Assembly: GCA_030390025.1 (NCBI GenBank)
Contig: CM059425.1
Coordinates: 176,516,001 to 176,580,000, forward strand
Direction of reading: 5' to 3'
Source: Squalus acanthias
Lineage: Eukaryota
Length of the DNA stretch: 64,000 nt
In this document: in pieces, positions 47,986 through 61,951 of the stretch
Numbering within the stretch: the stretch's first letter is position 1
How the letters are laid out: every line of letters starts with the position of its first letter
Made by a program: the position numbers and the translations under genes
Notes under the pieces: model-generated
Told to the model about the DNA's origin: nothing
Seen by the model: the letters and a program-made list of their open reading frames with translations, nothing else
Databases searched by the model: none

Positions 47986-50900
47986 AAGAACATTTCTTGA
48001 TATTTCTGTTTGGTCGGTTTAAGCCCTTCTCTTCATGGGCACAGCTGCAGCAGTACTCAGGTGCGCAATCGATAATGAACAAGAAAGTGTACTTCGTTCC
48101 AAGTGTGAATATTACATAAGTAATGCCTTTAAAACACAAATGAGAAAAACACAGTTTATTAAAATGTTAAACAAAAGCAATGTTCACCTTATCCCATAAT
48201 TTAAAAGAAATGAAACCTTTTGTACGTATATATTGAAAAGACTGTTAAACGCAGACTGTTACAGTGGAGTTTACTAGTTACCATGCACAGTTTGCCAGAT
48301 TTATGATATTCAGTGAGCTATTACCTTAAATCCACAAATTAAGAATAGAAGTAAAACAAAAATTATTTAAAAAGGGAAGTGGTCAAAGGAAGCAGAGGAA
48401 TATACACAGCAATAGTGTAACAGTACAATGCATGGCCCAAACACTCCGTTCTCCAAAAGTAGACTTGATTACCTTCAGCATCACTATATTCTCAGGATAA
48501 GTACTTCCACAGTAGAGAGCTTGTTGCTGGAATAGATCCCTATGGCAGAAGTGGTTATCTGTAGAGTTAGAGGACCACTGACATTGTCCTATCTGAGGAC
48601 TGGAAAAGTCAGTATGAGACCCAGAGAAAGAAAGGAAAGACAGAAAAAGATCATGAGAGCGAATTCAGATAGGTAGTGGTGAGAAAGGACTTTACGCACA
48701 TTCTGAAGTGTATCTTGCATTCAGCCTTCAGTATACCAAGATGGAGGCATTCCAGCACCTGAAACTGAACAAGACATTGAACTCTATAATTGGTAGCCCC
48801 AGAAGTAAGGCACCTAATTCATTTGGTTATCTGATGACAAAGAAAAGAAGTTAGATGTTCATTTGTAGTCAAGTTAGGAAGTGTTTGTTTTTAAATTATG
48901 GTTAAAATAGTAATGCAATATAGATCATTATATTCCACTGAAAATAACAATACTAGTAGTACTCACTATGGTGGTCCAACTGTAAACTTCAGTAGAGAAA
49001 TGCCATCTAGTATTGACAGTTATGCTCTGCAAAGCTAAGGTTACAAGTCACAAAGTTAGGTTACACTGAAATTCTTGACATTAAACAGCATTCACCGAGA
49101 GGTCACATTCTCCCCATTCCTATACCGATCTAGGATCTATCAGAAAAGAGAAGTCAAAAATATGTAACTTAATGTATATTTTTTTCAGAGGATTACACAA
49201 GTGGACATCCTAGAAGGTCCCCCGCCGCCTCCTCCAAGCCTCTGCACACACCACTTTTAGAATTACTACTGACTGCACAAACCTAGGTGGTTGGTACTGT
49301 CCCCAACTTTCCATTTTAAAGATATTCCCTTCCCCTTCATAGTGATTAAAGTAATGGCTTTGCAAACAAGTAGCTACAGGCCACAGCAACCAGTCACTGA
49401 AATATAGCTGCCGGAGGTAGAATGATTTTCATCATTTTGAAAAAATTACAGACCACTAAAATAAGTGCCTCATGGGGAGAGAGCATTTACATCTGATCTG
49501 GCTTACTCATTACTTACCAGTGTGCCTTATTTAGCTGATCGCAGAACAGCACTGGTGATGGCCATAGGGAAATCTCTCTTTTCTCTCTCGCTGAAGAATG
49601 CTTTATGAAAGATGTCGCCTCGTGTAAAAACTGACAATGAAATTATAGTAAAACCCTGAACTAAAATGAATTATTAGCATAGCTTTCAAATTCTGAAAAC
49701 CAATGGCTGTCTTCATTTATGCTGCTGCTCTTGTCGCCAGTGGACTATTCCACTTACGCTGCTATGGGCTGGATCGCAGTCATTAATGTAGGATAGTTAG
49801 AATGAAGAACGTTTTGCTATTAAATCTGGTTTATAAGCAGAACACGACATTAATAAGTGCCCCTGTCACCCACGTGTGGAATGCTTAATGTACCCAATTA
49901 GCATGCTATTCCCTTCTAGCTACCTAATATTCTTTTAAGTTCTTACCCATCCCCATGCTTAATCTGTCTCCAGATTCCCAAATCCCACAGGATATGAACT
50001 GGAGTTCCCCTACAGATCATCTGCTAGGACATGTTAAAATAGTGCATCACAGTCTTACACTTGTTCTCATAGCGAGTGAGAACATTCATATTGGCAGGTG
50101 GACCTATCAATCTTCTTGTGCTGTGAAACTAGTCTATTTTTTGAAATAATAACAGAACAGTTTCAGAGTGTAAGCTACACTGGGGTAGATTAGCATCCTA
50201 ATAGTGTTTCTTGAATCCTTTCTTGTCACAGCAGAAAGGAGCAGTGTTATTACATTGAGGCATACTGAGCAACAGGCAGAAAATTTGGCCAGAAGAGAGA
50301 CAGGATTAGGGTATGAGGGTGCATTGGAGGTATGAAAAAGCATTAGAAGCACAAGTGGCATCAGAGCTATACATCATGATGGGCATCAGAAGCATTAAGT
50401 GAGGGCAGGAACTGGAACAAACATGGAACAGTTCAGAGACAAAAGCATGGGGAGAGAATCAGAGACACAGAGAACCAAAGAGGCAAGATAAAAATTAATC
50501 CAATTAATTAAACTCCACAATTTAAATGTTGCTTCCAGTCATGTGCCACCTGGTAATATAGAGACCACAGTAAAATGGGAAATATTCTCAAAGAATCATT
50601 GAGCCTGATTAGTCAAACCTTCATGTATGTTTTTATGTCTTTTAAATATGAGGAAGGCATGAAGGGCATCAGAGGAATAAGGAGAGATAAGGATTGCATG
50701 TTATAGAGGTTTGATGAAAATGTGCATGCAAAATATTGGTGCAACTTGTACTTTATAGAAGAGTTAAAACAGGCTGTACTCAATACTGTTAAATCTTATT
50801 CCATTTTGCAGTAAGAAGTTAGGCCAGTAGCCAAAACTACAGTTGTGCAATTTTGTTTGTTTGAGCTATCTAAAACACACTGAAGATTGTGTCACTAGGG

Positions 50901-53534
50901 CTAACAATCCGTGGCCTTTCAATACATTCTTGCATAAGTCTCGTTGGGAACGTGGCAGAACAGCTGTGAGTTAGGCTGGGTTCCAGAGACGCTGGTTCTC
51001 AGCCTTCTCCAGAATTTTACACGGGGCCTTGTTAGGGGCAGGGCCTCCACCCATGCCGAACAATATCAGCACCGTAGGAAGGAGTGTGATCATGTAGGAG
51101 GCTCCCTTGCTCTTTGTCCCTGGCCTGATGGGATGTCAGTGGGCCCATATGTCAAGTGAAAGCAGGCATACCGGCCTATGAAACGGCAAATGTGTATCCC
51201 ACCTGACGGATCCAGGCACCCCCAGCCCCCCCTCTCCAACCCGCATGGGCATCCAAAGCTAAATTTTTCAGCCTCTCCAGTGTGGCAGACACCTGAGCTG
51301 GCCCACTAATGGTGCGGGCACCTGTCCATGTTATGTTAATGAGGTGACTTCCCCATGATCCCCCAAACTTTGCCAGGGTCAATGCCAGAGGCTATCGGGG
51401 AAGGGGGCAGATCCTGCATTTATACCAGGATTGAAGGCCCGCGGGTTTGCAGGCCCTGTTCAATCATGCAGTTTGAGTTATTTATTGCACTGAGCCAAAT
51501 TTTCTTGTTTTTTTTTATGAACATGTGTAACAATTGCATGTGTTTTGTCTTGCACATGTACAAATGGTTAAACAGATTTGCAGAGTACATAAACAAGAGG
51601 AAATCACTGGTGTTAGCATTCACCAGCAAGAGGGTCATTCCTCTCATTTTTTTGCCTAAGTGAAACTCTGCCTGCCCTAATAAAAAGAGCCTGACTTCTC
51701 TACACTATTGGTCTTTGGACAAAATTTACTTTTATTCATAAATCCCAAATATAGACTGTTGTGCACAGCTAGGACATGAGAGGGATTTAGAGGCTTGTGC
51801 TGCTAGCCATCCTGAATCCAACAAATTTTCTCTCCTCCTCAGGGTCCAGGATAAGCTTCCTAGCATCTGTACTAACAGCAGGCAAAAATAAGGATTTCGA
51901 TGGAATTCTAAATTTTCAGAACCATATGAAAAATGTTTTTAAAACACAGGGAAAATTGGTGACTGTGTTTCAATCTCTAGATTCTGCTGTTTCTGAACAT
52001 TGCACAATCTTGTAAATTAAATTTAAATATAGGTCATTGAGCAGTGAACATCAACTGAGACACAGTGCTAGGTGTGTACTATTACTTTCTACCATTTACT
52101 CAACTCCATGATAATGTTAACTCAACAAAGACAGAATCTAGTTTATAAAATCCTATGTAAGGTGGCCATTGATTTCTTTAATGTGCATTACTTCTGCTTG
52201 TCAACTATTCTACGCAAGTGTGAGGTCTGGCTCCACTGGCAATGACTGTTGTAACTCAATTTTCGTAAGCTAAATAAAATCCTCAATACAAGGGATATTG
52301 TATTTAGAATTCACACAAGCATCTTTAAGCACATTTCAAGTTCATTATTGTGATTAGATTACACCTACATTACATGAACAAGCTGATTAGCTTACATATT
52401 AAAACAGAAATTTGCCACTAAATTCAAGTATTGCCCTACAGTCCTGTATTGCCATGCTTTTACTATCAGTTTATAGCATGGTAGTTACATAGTTAGAATG
52501 TAAAATTGTTAAGGTTTCATCTAAAATTATACTTTGCAATGTTTCCTACCAAACTTATTTGATATAAGCCTACAGATTATATAGATATGCTACTAAACGA
52601 AGCACAAATGAATACATAATAGACTCTAACATTAACACCCAAAGAAATACAAACAAATTGCAGTTGGTTATAGTATATTCTCAAGAGCATGATATCTGCT
52701 ATTTGAAAAATGTTCATTTTATAACAGAACTGAATAAACTTAATTTTGCTGTAATGTAAAACGTTTTCATGGTTGGCACTGGCAAGCTGCCAAGCTCAAT
52801 ATCCATTTAAAAAATATTTTAAAAGTGATTATTCAGCCATATGCTGTTACAGAACTGTTCTTGTTTCCAATTTTGTTCAAAAATGTGATTAGTACTCTTG
52901 CACTAATAGTAGTTGAGCACTTGTGAGTCTTGTTAAACTTCAGTTGGCCTTGTGTGCTGACTGAAAAGGAATAGGGAAGTACTTTTATTTTGAGATAGTG
53001 CTTAATTGCAATTTTGTTGAGTTGTATTAAATTATAATATGATGTTATCCTTTGATAACCTAGTGTCTTGAGAAAATAGCTGTATAGATGAAAGCATTGT
53101 TTCAGCGATAATGAACTAAAAGATTTGTATTTATCATGGGCAGGACCACTGGAATATGTTAACTGAATAGGTCACATTCCATTTCTTTAGTCAGTCTTCC
53201 ATGGCATTGCACACAGGGAATCAAGAGCAATTATAGCCTTCAGGTGAAATGGGGTTCGGACGGTGGTGGATAATTGGACTAAGACATGCAGATGTAGTTC
53301 TGTCCCCATTTTAAGGTCGTATCTTCGGTCTTTATTTTTATATAATACTTTGATTTTATATTATTTATAGTTAAATAACAATATGGCCAGTTTGGAAGCA
53401 CAGAAGTAGATTTGGTTGCACCATCGGAGTTTATCCGCAGTCCAAGCTGGTGAAATCGGAGGCACTACAGCATCACCACTGGTAGAAGAGTGTAATTACA
53501 GCAAGACAGGTTTACAGAAGTAGTTTCATTTAAA

Positions 53535-54052
53535 ATAACAACAGAAAATGCTGGAAACACTCAGCAGGCCAGGCAGCATCCGTGGAGAGAGAAACAGAGT
53601 TAACGTTTCAGGTCTGAGACCCTTCATCAGAACTGGAAAAAGCTGGAGATGTAACAGATATTAAGCAGGTGCAGAGACAGGGAGGGGGAGGGGGAGGGGA
53701 GGGAGGAATTGAAGGAATATACTGTGCTAAGGTAAGAGGCAGGAAAGATAAAATGTTGCAAATGGGGATGGCAAAATCATACAGCATGAAAAATGGGAGC
53801 AGGGGTTATAGTTTGAAATTGTCAAACTCGATGTTGAGTCCAGAAGGCTGTAAAGTGCCTAATCGAAAGATGAGGTGCTGTTCCTCAAGCTTACGCTGAG
53901 CTCCATTGGAACAATGTAAGAGGCCGAGGACAGAGAGATCAGAGTGGGAGTGAAGCGGAGAATTAAAGTGACAGGCGACCGGAAGCTCAGGGTCACCCTT
54001 ACGGACTGAACGGAGGTGTTCCGCAAAGCGGTCGCCCAATCTGCGTTTGGTT
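53535..54052 (-). mobile_element. Penelope-like element 3' fragment (GIY-YIG endonuclease end plus pseudo-LTR)
   Basis: GDRFAEHLRSVRKGDPELPVACHFN...RKLEEQHLIFRLGTLQPSGLNIEF; tail CTGATGAAGGGTCTCAGACCTGAAACGTT...GATGCTGCCTGGCCTGCTGAG. Confidence 0.9.
53598..53634 (-). ncRNA. Minimal type I hammerhead ribozyme motif in the Penelope tail
   Basis: AGUU-CUGAUGA-AGGGUCUCAGACCU-GAAAC-GUU-AACU: both core boxes, stem II and a 4-bp stem I. Confidence 0.72.
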
Positions 54053-54549
54053 TAGTTTCATTTAAATGTGGACATAGGAATTTATAATGAAAAAGTTGAC
54101 ACAGAAGTGCACATAAGTGTAAGATTTTTAATATATTAGTAGATATGGGTTTCATGGATTTTTGACAGTGTTTTTTGGATCACACAGAAACTTGATACAA
54201 ACATGTTAACCGCTAGAAGTAGTGCATAAAGATTGTCAACTTCTGGGGCAAAGTCAAGGGCTATAATGAACTCTGGACTCCTAAGTAATACATACATGCG
54301 TATTTTCAGTGATGGTGTACTCCCTCTCCTCCTCATTTTCCTCCCCTGGTCCCCTAGGGATTTCCAGAGACCTGGGAGTGCGACTGTTGCTGTCAATTCT
54401 GTTCTCAATTGGTTGCTGGGAGGTGTGCATGAGCAGCCTGGAGACAACTTTCTTGGCAAATGTTATTTTCTCCCTGTGGGGGAAATGTCTGCTGTCTACT
54501 CAATGATTCCTCCCACTCCACCCACCTCTCCAGCATTGCAGCCGAGGTC

Positions 54550-55330
54550 AGGATTCGGCAACCTACATTGGCTCCCGGCTAAGCAACGCCTCGATTTAAA
54601 AATTCTCATCCTTGTTTTCAAATCCCTCCATTGCCTCAACCCTCCTATATCTGTAACCTCCTCCAGCCCTACAACCCTCCAAGATCTCTGCGCTCTCCCA
54701 ATTCTGGCCATTGCAGGTGATTCTCTGGCTAGGACTGGATAGATTAGAATGGAACCAGGCGAGTGAAGTCGCACCAGTTGGACGATGGAGGAGAGGGGTT
54801 GTAGGAGGATGGTGCAGTCAACCATGTTAAAGGCAGGTCGAGAAGACCAAAGAGGGATAGTTTACCATGGTCACAGTCACATAGGATGTAATTTGTGACT
54901 TTGCTAAGAGCCGTTTCGGTACTGTAGCAAAGGCGGAAACCTGATTGGAGGGAGTGAAACATGGAGTTCTGAAAATGAGGAGCATGGATTTGGGAGGCGA
55001 CAGCACATTCAAGGACTTTGGAGAGGAAAGGGAGGTTGGAGATAGGGGCGATAGTTTGCAAGGACGGAGGGAGTCAAGGGTTGGTTTTCTAAGGAGAGGG
55101 GAGATTTGAAGGGGAGGGGGACAGTTCCTGAGGAGAGAGAACCATTAATAATATCAGATAACATGGGTGCCAGGAAGGGAAGTTGGGTGGTCAGCAGTTT
55201 AGTGGGAATAGGGTCGAGGGAGCAGGAGGTACGTCTCATGGACAAGAGGAGAGATAGGAGAGAAACTAGAGAAAGATGCGAGTTCAGGGCTAGGGCAGGG
55301 GGGAACCTTAGAGGAAGTTTGGCCCACTGG
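54550..55330. mobile_element. Two L2 fragments in opposite orientation (54550-54710 +, 54711-55330 -)
   Basis: LHWLPAKQRLDLKIL on plus; LDPIPTKLL, PISNLPFLSKVLE, QSGFR..STETAL on minus. Confidence 0.85.
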
Positions 55331-55918
55331 TAGTTCATTGTCAGCATTAAATTACAGGCATAAATTTCTCTTCGTATTTAAAATGTATTTTTTGGTGCTG
55401 TCTATGGTTCTCTTGATATCACAATGGCAGCGAGCAGAGACAGTAAAAGGTTCTGAGGCTGTGAACTCATTATTTTACAGTCAAGACAGACTCTTATTCA
55501 GTACTACTTATAATCTAAGTCAATGTATTCAATTCTCAGTAGTTTTTATTGTCATTGCAAATTAAATGATGGCAATAATGCTACTGATTTTGTGCCACAC
55601 TATTCCCAAGTAGTAAGTATATCTACGTGAAATAACCAGAATTTCATAGCTTTCCAGATAAAAGCCACATCCTGCATAAGTCTGATGTTGCACAACAGCA
55701 TTACGTGATACTGTGCTTGTCATATTTTGCACACCTACTGTTAAAAATAAATCTAACAATTGTTTTCAGTAATAATGTTATTACTAATGAATGAAGCATT
55801 CAAAATACTTTATTGCTAAATATAAAATGAAATAGATACAATACTCATCTGATTCCTGGACAGAAAGAGCACAGCCAAAGTGCACTGTGCCTGTCCAGGC
55901 CTAGGGGCAATGCTGTTC

Positions 55919-57660
55919 GGGCTGCGATTTTACCAACCTCGGCAGATCCATGGCGGGCGACGTCAGTGGCAGGCCCCGATCCCGCTGCTGTCTCCATCCC
56001 GGCCTCTAAAATGAATTTACCTTGATGGGGCTTGTTAAGCCCGCCCAGCGCGTTTCCCAGCCAATTAGAGGAAGCGGGTCTGGTGACATCATTTGCTGAC
56101 GTGTCATCAGCCGGTTTCCTGAAAGGGGCCATGGCCAACTTTATTTTGACATTTGTGCTGTCAGTGTTCTACAGCATTGAGGTGCTGCAAACACTGACAA
56201 GCACTGCACAGAGGTGCACAGCTGCACCCAGGCTCTCCCATGACTCCCTCCATATGCTTATGGAGGGAGTCACAGCATGCAGGGAGGTCCTCTTCCCTTC
56301 CCATGGGCAGATGAGACCTCCCTAGATGATCAACACAGCCTGGTTGCACATTGCAGAGGAGAGCACAAGTAGGGATGTGGTCAGGAGGACCTGGGTGCAG
56401 TGCCGCAAACGTTTCAATGATCTCAGTAGATCACGAAATGTTAGTACAAAGTCATACTCAACCGTATCCTGCTGCGCCACTCATCACATCCCCATCACTC
56501 TTCCTACCCTACTCCTGCACATCCTTACTCACACCAACTTATCTTGCACCTCCACCCATCCCTCTCTATCTACATGATCATATCCCCATCTCATTTACAC
56601 CCCTCACACTCATCCTCATCCTAGTGCAATCATACCAACTAACAACACACGAGGGTAGACACTTGGGTGTTTTATGCAATGTTCATGTAAAGCTTCTGTT
56701 AATGTGGTGTCAAACATTGAAACCCTTATTTTCAACACTTTGCATTCTTGGACAGATTTGTGTGCACCTTTTGAAGTGACTTAGTGAGTTACAGTGAATG
56801 GTGAGACATAACAGTACCCCCGCAATAGTGATAAGTATGAAAGGAATGGCTTGGGCATTGCAGGGATGCTTTATGGTGTTGATGTGGGGTGGTGCCAACC
56901 TGGCACATCATGTGGCAGCCAGGGTGTCAAGTGAAGTAAATCTGCCCATGGTGAGGCCATCTGTGATGTCTCGGGCAGCAATGTGGTCAGGTGCTGATGC
57001 CCTCTGTCCTGTGCAGTATCAGTTGATTGCAGAGAAGGTTGTTGTTCTTGTTGGTGCTGCTGGTGTGCCTGGTGCTGCTGGTGTTGGGGCTGATCGTGGT
57101 GGGATTCTGAGGACCAAGGTGAGAGAGTTTCAAGGGCACCCATGATGATGGAATAGATGGCAGGTGAAGTAGAGATGACAGAAGCGATCTGTCAATGGTG
57201 GGAGAGGTAATGAGGTCAGACTGGATGGAGACTTGTGTAAAGACATGTAGTGGAATTGCAGTTTAGAGAAGCTAGTGGTTAGGGGAACATTTCTCAATCA
57301 GCTGAAAGCTTTGACTTGACTCTTGAAGCTGTCAACTCATCAGCTGATTCAATAGCCACTGACCTCCTGCCTCAGCTTCACTGATGAGGTCTAGGCACAG
57401 CGAGAAACTGGTGGGCAACCTGCCAAATCCAAAAAGCTGAGAAAAAACCATTGATAAGTGGCTGTAAGCAAGGTACTAATGATTTTAATTACCTCCTTCG
57501 CTGCTGCCCGTCGAGTCTACTGAGTGCTGGCAGACCTGACATCGGGAAAGTCCAGTGTGCGCATTTTGACAGCGGGTTCCCGACCCTCTGTCAATCATTT
57601 TAAATTTAACAGCTGACCCACCACCTATCCCATCCGCTGAGTGCCGGCAAAATTCCAGCC
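55919..57660 (+). mobile_element. Internally deleted Harbinger (family C) with Myb exon remnant
   Basis: GGGCTGCGATTTT / AAAATTCCAGCC termini; AAPRLSHDSLHMLMEG...WVQCRKRFNDLSRS|gttagt. Confidence 0.8.
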
Positions 57661-58236
57661 ATTGCTCCCCAGTATAGGCCCCTCCAATGGCTGAGCCTTG
57701 CACCTAAATATCGGGCAGCAAATTTGAGCATAGCTGCAGGCCTCAAGGGCAGTTGCACATCAGGTTTCTCAGATTGAGGCCTCAAAAACTCACCTGCTTC
57801 CAACAAGAATCTTCAGGTTCCTCCCAGGATACCCACAGATCCTGCTGGCTGTGGAGGGTCCCAGCACAAACCCGACCACTAGCTTTTTGGGACACCCCTC
57901 ATTTGCTGGCTCATGCACAATGGGCCAAATGGCCTCCTGTGCTGTATCATTCTATGATTTGGATGCCCCATAGGCGTTCACACAGAAAGTAACGTGGACT
58001 GGCCAACACAGTGCTGGGATGACCATAAGCAGAAACACCTCATATAAGAACATAAGAAATAGGAGCAGGAGTAGGCCAATCGGCCCCTCGAGCCTGCTCC
58101 GCCATTCAATAAGATCATGGCTGATCTGATCCTAACCTCAAATCTAAAGAACACAAGAAGTAGGAGCAGGACCCGGCCACTCAGCCCCTGGGCCCGCTCC
58201 GCCACCCACAGGGCCTTGACCGATCCGAACTCAGCC

Positions 58237-61046
58237 TCATATCCAATTTCCTGCCTGCTCCCCGTAACCCCTAATTCCCTTTACTTCTAGGAAACTGTCT
58301 ATTTCTGTTTTAAATTTATTTAATGATGTAGCTTCCACAGCTTCCTGGGGCAGCAAATTCCACAGACCTACTACCCTCTGAGTGAAGAAGTTTCTCCTCA
58401 TCTCAGTTTTGAAAGAGCAGCCCCTTATTCTAAGATTATGCCCCCTAGTTCTAGTTTCACCCATCCTTGGGAACATCCTTACCGCATCCACCCGATCAAG
58501 CCCCTTCACAATCTTATATGTTTCAATAAGATCGCCTCTCATTCTTCTGAACTCCAATGAGTAGAGTCCCAATCTACTCAACCTCTCCTCATATGTCCAC
58601 CCCCTCATCCCCGGGATTAACCGAGTGAACCTTCTTTGTACTGCCTCGAGAGCAAGTATGTCTTTTCTTAAGTATGGACACCAAAACTGTATGCAGTATT
58701 CCAGGTGCGGTCTCACCAATACCTTATATAACTGCAGCAATACCTCCCTGTTTTTATAATCTATCCCCCTAGCAATAAAAGCCAACATTCCGTTGGCCTT
58801 CTTGATCACCTGCTGCACCTGCATACTAACTTTTTGATTTTCTTGCACTAGGACCCCCAGATCCTTTTGTACTGCAGTACTTTCCAGTTTCTCACCATTA
58901 AGATAATAGCTTGCTCTCTGATTTTTCCTGCCAAAGTGCATAACCTCACATTTTCCAATATTGTATTGCATCTGCCAAATCTCCGCCCACTCACCCAGCC
59001 TGTCTATATCCCCTTGTAGGTGTTTTATGTCCTCCTCACTTTCTACTTTCCCTCCCATCTTTGTATCATCTGCACACTTTGATATGTTACACTCGGTCCC
59101 CTCCTCCAAATCGTTAATATAGATTGTAAAGAGTTGGGGACCCAGCACCGACCCCTGCGGAACACCACTGGCTACTGGTTGCCAGTCCGAGAATGAACCA
59201 TTTATCCCAACTCTCTGCTTCCTGTTAGAAAACCAATCCTCCACCCATGCCAGAATATTACCCCCAATCCAGTGATTTTTTATCTTGAGCAACAATGTTT
59301 TATGTGGCACCTTGTCGAATGCCTTCTGGAAGTCTAAATACACTACGTCCACTGGTTCCCCTTTATCCACCCTGTACGTTATGTCCTCAAAGAACTCAAG
59401 CAAATTTGTCAGACATGACTTCCCCTTCATAAAGCCATGCCGACTTTGTCCTATTAAATTATGTTTATCTAAATGTTCCATTACTGTCTCCTTAATAATA
59501 GACTCCAAAATTTTACCCACCACAGATGTTAGGCTAACTGGTTTATAATTTCCAGCCTTCTGCCTACTACCCTTTTTAAATAAGGGTGTTACATTAGCAG
59601 TTTTCCAATCTGCCGGGACCTTTGCTGAGTCCAGGGAATTTTGGAAAATTATTACCAAAGCATCCACAATCCCTACTGCCACTTCCCTCAAGACCCTAGG
59701 ATGTAAGCCATCAGGTCCAGGGGATTTATCCGCCTTGAGTCCCATTATTTTACTGAGTACCAATTCCTTAGTGATTTTAATCGTATTTAGCTCCTCCCCC
59801 CCTAGAGCCCCCTGTTTGTCCAGTGTTGGGATATTCTTAGTGTCCTCTACCGTAAAGACTGAAACAAAATATTTGTTCAGTATTTTTGCCATCTCCATGT
59901 TTCCCACCATTAATTTCCCGGTCTCATCCTCTAAGGGACCTACGTTTGCCTTAGCCACCCTTTTTCTTTTTATATAACTATAGAAACTCTTGCTATCTGT
60001 TTTTATATTTTTTGCTAATTTATTTTCATAATCTATCTTCCCTTTCTTAATCAATCCTTTAGTTACTTTTTGCTGTCTTTTGAAGACTTCCCAATCTTCT
60101 ATCCTCCCACTAAGTTTGGCTACCTTATATGTCCTTGTTTTTAGTCGGATACTATCCTTAATTTCTTTACTTAGCCACGGATGGCTGTCATTTTTTTTAC
60201 ACCCTTTTTTCCTCAGTGGAATATATATTTTTTGAAAGTTGTAAAATAACTCCTTAAATGAACACCACTGCTCATGTACCGTCTTACCCTTTAATCTATT
60301 TTCCCAGTCCACTTTAATCAATTCCGCTCTCATACCATCATAGTCTCCTTTATTCAAGCTCAGTACACTTGTTTGAGAACCAACCTTCTCACCCTCTAAT
60401 TGGATATGGAATTCAACCATGTTATGGTCACTCATTCCAAGGGGATCCTTAACTAGGACATTATTAATTAATCCTGACTCATTACACAGGACCAGGTCCA
60501 AGGTTGCTTGCCCCCTTGTAGGATCAGTTACATACTGCTCAAGAAATCCATCCCTAATACACTCAATAAACTCTTCCTCAAGGCTGCCCTGCCCAATTTG
60601 ATTTGTCCAGTTAATATGATAGTTAAAATCCCCCATAATTATAGCTGTTCCCTTATTACATGCCCCAACTATTTCCTGATTAATACTTCTTCCAGCAGAG
60701 CTGCAACTATTAGGAGGCCTATATACTACTCCCACTACTGTTTTTTCCCCTTATTATTCCTTATCTCCACCCAAACTGTTTCATTATCCTGATCCTTTGA
60801 CCCAATATCATTTCTCTGTATTACAGTGATTCCTTCCTTTATTAACATATCCACCCCACCTCCCCTTCCTTGCTGCCTGTCCTTCCTGATTGTTAAATAC
60901 CCTGGCATATTTAATTCCCAGTCATTGTCACCCTGCAGCCATGTTTCTGTAATGGCCACAAGATCATACTCATACATAGTTATTTGTGCCGTTAACTCGT
61001 CCATTTTGTTACGAATGCTACGTGCATTCAGATAAAGAATTTTCAA
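58237..61046 (-). pseudogene. CR1 ORF2 (APE-RT) with one frameshift near 60740 and FADD changed to CADD
   Basis: 103-aa and 832-aa ORFs abut in different frames at a poly-A run (KGKK). Confidence 0.88.
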
Positions 61047-61065
61047 ATATGTTTTGTGACACTTA

Positions 61066-61951
61066 GGGGGAAAATTCAGTTGGTTGCGCCTCCCGTTAGT
61101 GCCTTAAGAGGGCGCTAATGGGGCGCAAAGCGTCTAGCGCCCGGGTGCGGCGATGTTTGCGCCACTCGCGAAATTAACTAGACATTTTGCGGCGGTGCTA
61201 AACACTACCGCCACGATCTCCTGCACCAGCAGATCGTAACATCAGTCGAGTGCGCAACGCCCCGGTATCGCCCCGGAGCGGATATTGAGTGGCGTCCCTG
61301 CCTTACCGCCTGCCGCTAGCAACGGCAGGTTGAGGGGAGCGTTTTACAGTCAGGTAGGGTCTGGGGGAGCGCTATTTAAAGGTGATCGCTTCCAGCCTTT
61401 TATTGTTGGTGACATTGTAGAACCACGCATTCTGAGAGAGAGAGAGAGAGACTTCTGGAGAGATTCAACGCTGTGTGAAGGAGTTTTGGGTACTGAGCAG
61501 CACTTTGCTGGTTCATTCTGATTTGCCCTTCCTTGTAACGATTTAGAAGAGACTGTGGGGGCTGCACTCTGAGCTCTTTCCCTGGTACTCTCCATTGTTC
61601 TTTCCAGCAGATTTGATGTGCAGGTCTCTCCAGGCCGAGATTCAAGGCTGCAATGAGCAGTATGTGGATGGAAAGCAAGATCAACCCACTCCATTAAGAA
61701 CTGGCCCGCGCCATTGTGTGTGTGTTCCATTGCTGACTGACATCTCATGAGCTTCGCCAGTGCTCTGAGGTAGCGCCTCGCTCCTCGGCCTTTGCGCCTT
61801 AAGTCAGGTGTGAAGCGCTTGATTTAGCGCTCCAATCACCTCCAGGGGCGATAAAAGTCAAGTTTGCAGTCGGTGGCGATGATTAGCGCCAGGCGCTAAT
61901 CTTTGCGCCCGGCCGATAATTGCGCCCCAAATGGGGCGATACTGAATTTCT
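61066..61951. mobile_element. Non-autonomous Harbinger related to family B
   Basis: TTA|GGGGGAAAATTCAGT left end, ACTGAATTTC truncated right end, dense AGCGCC motifs, left arm similar to 19391-19710. Confidence 0.82.

Noticed and set aside
50940..51450. GC-richer patch as a MITE or CpG island
   Set aside because: Could not identify paired termini or a TSD, and CpG density is modest
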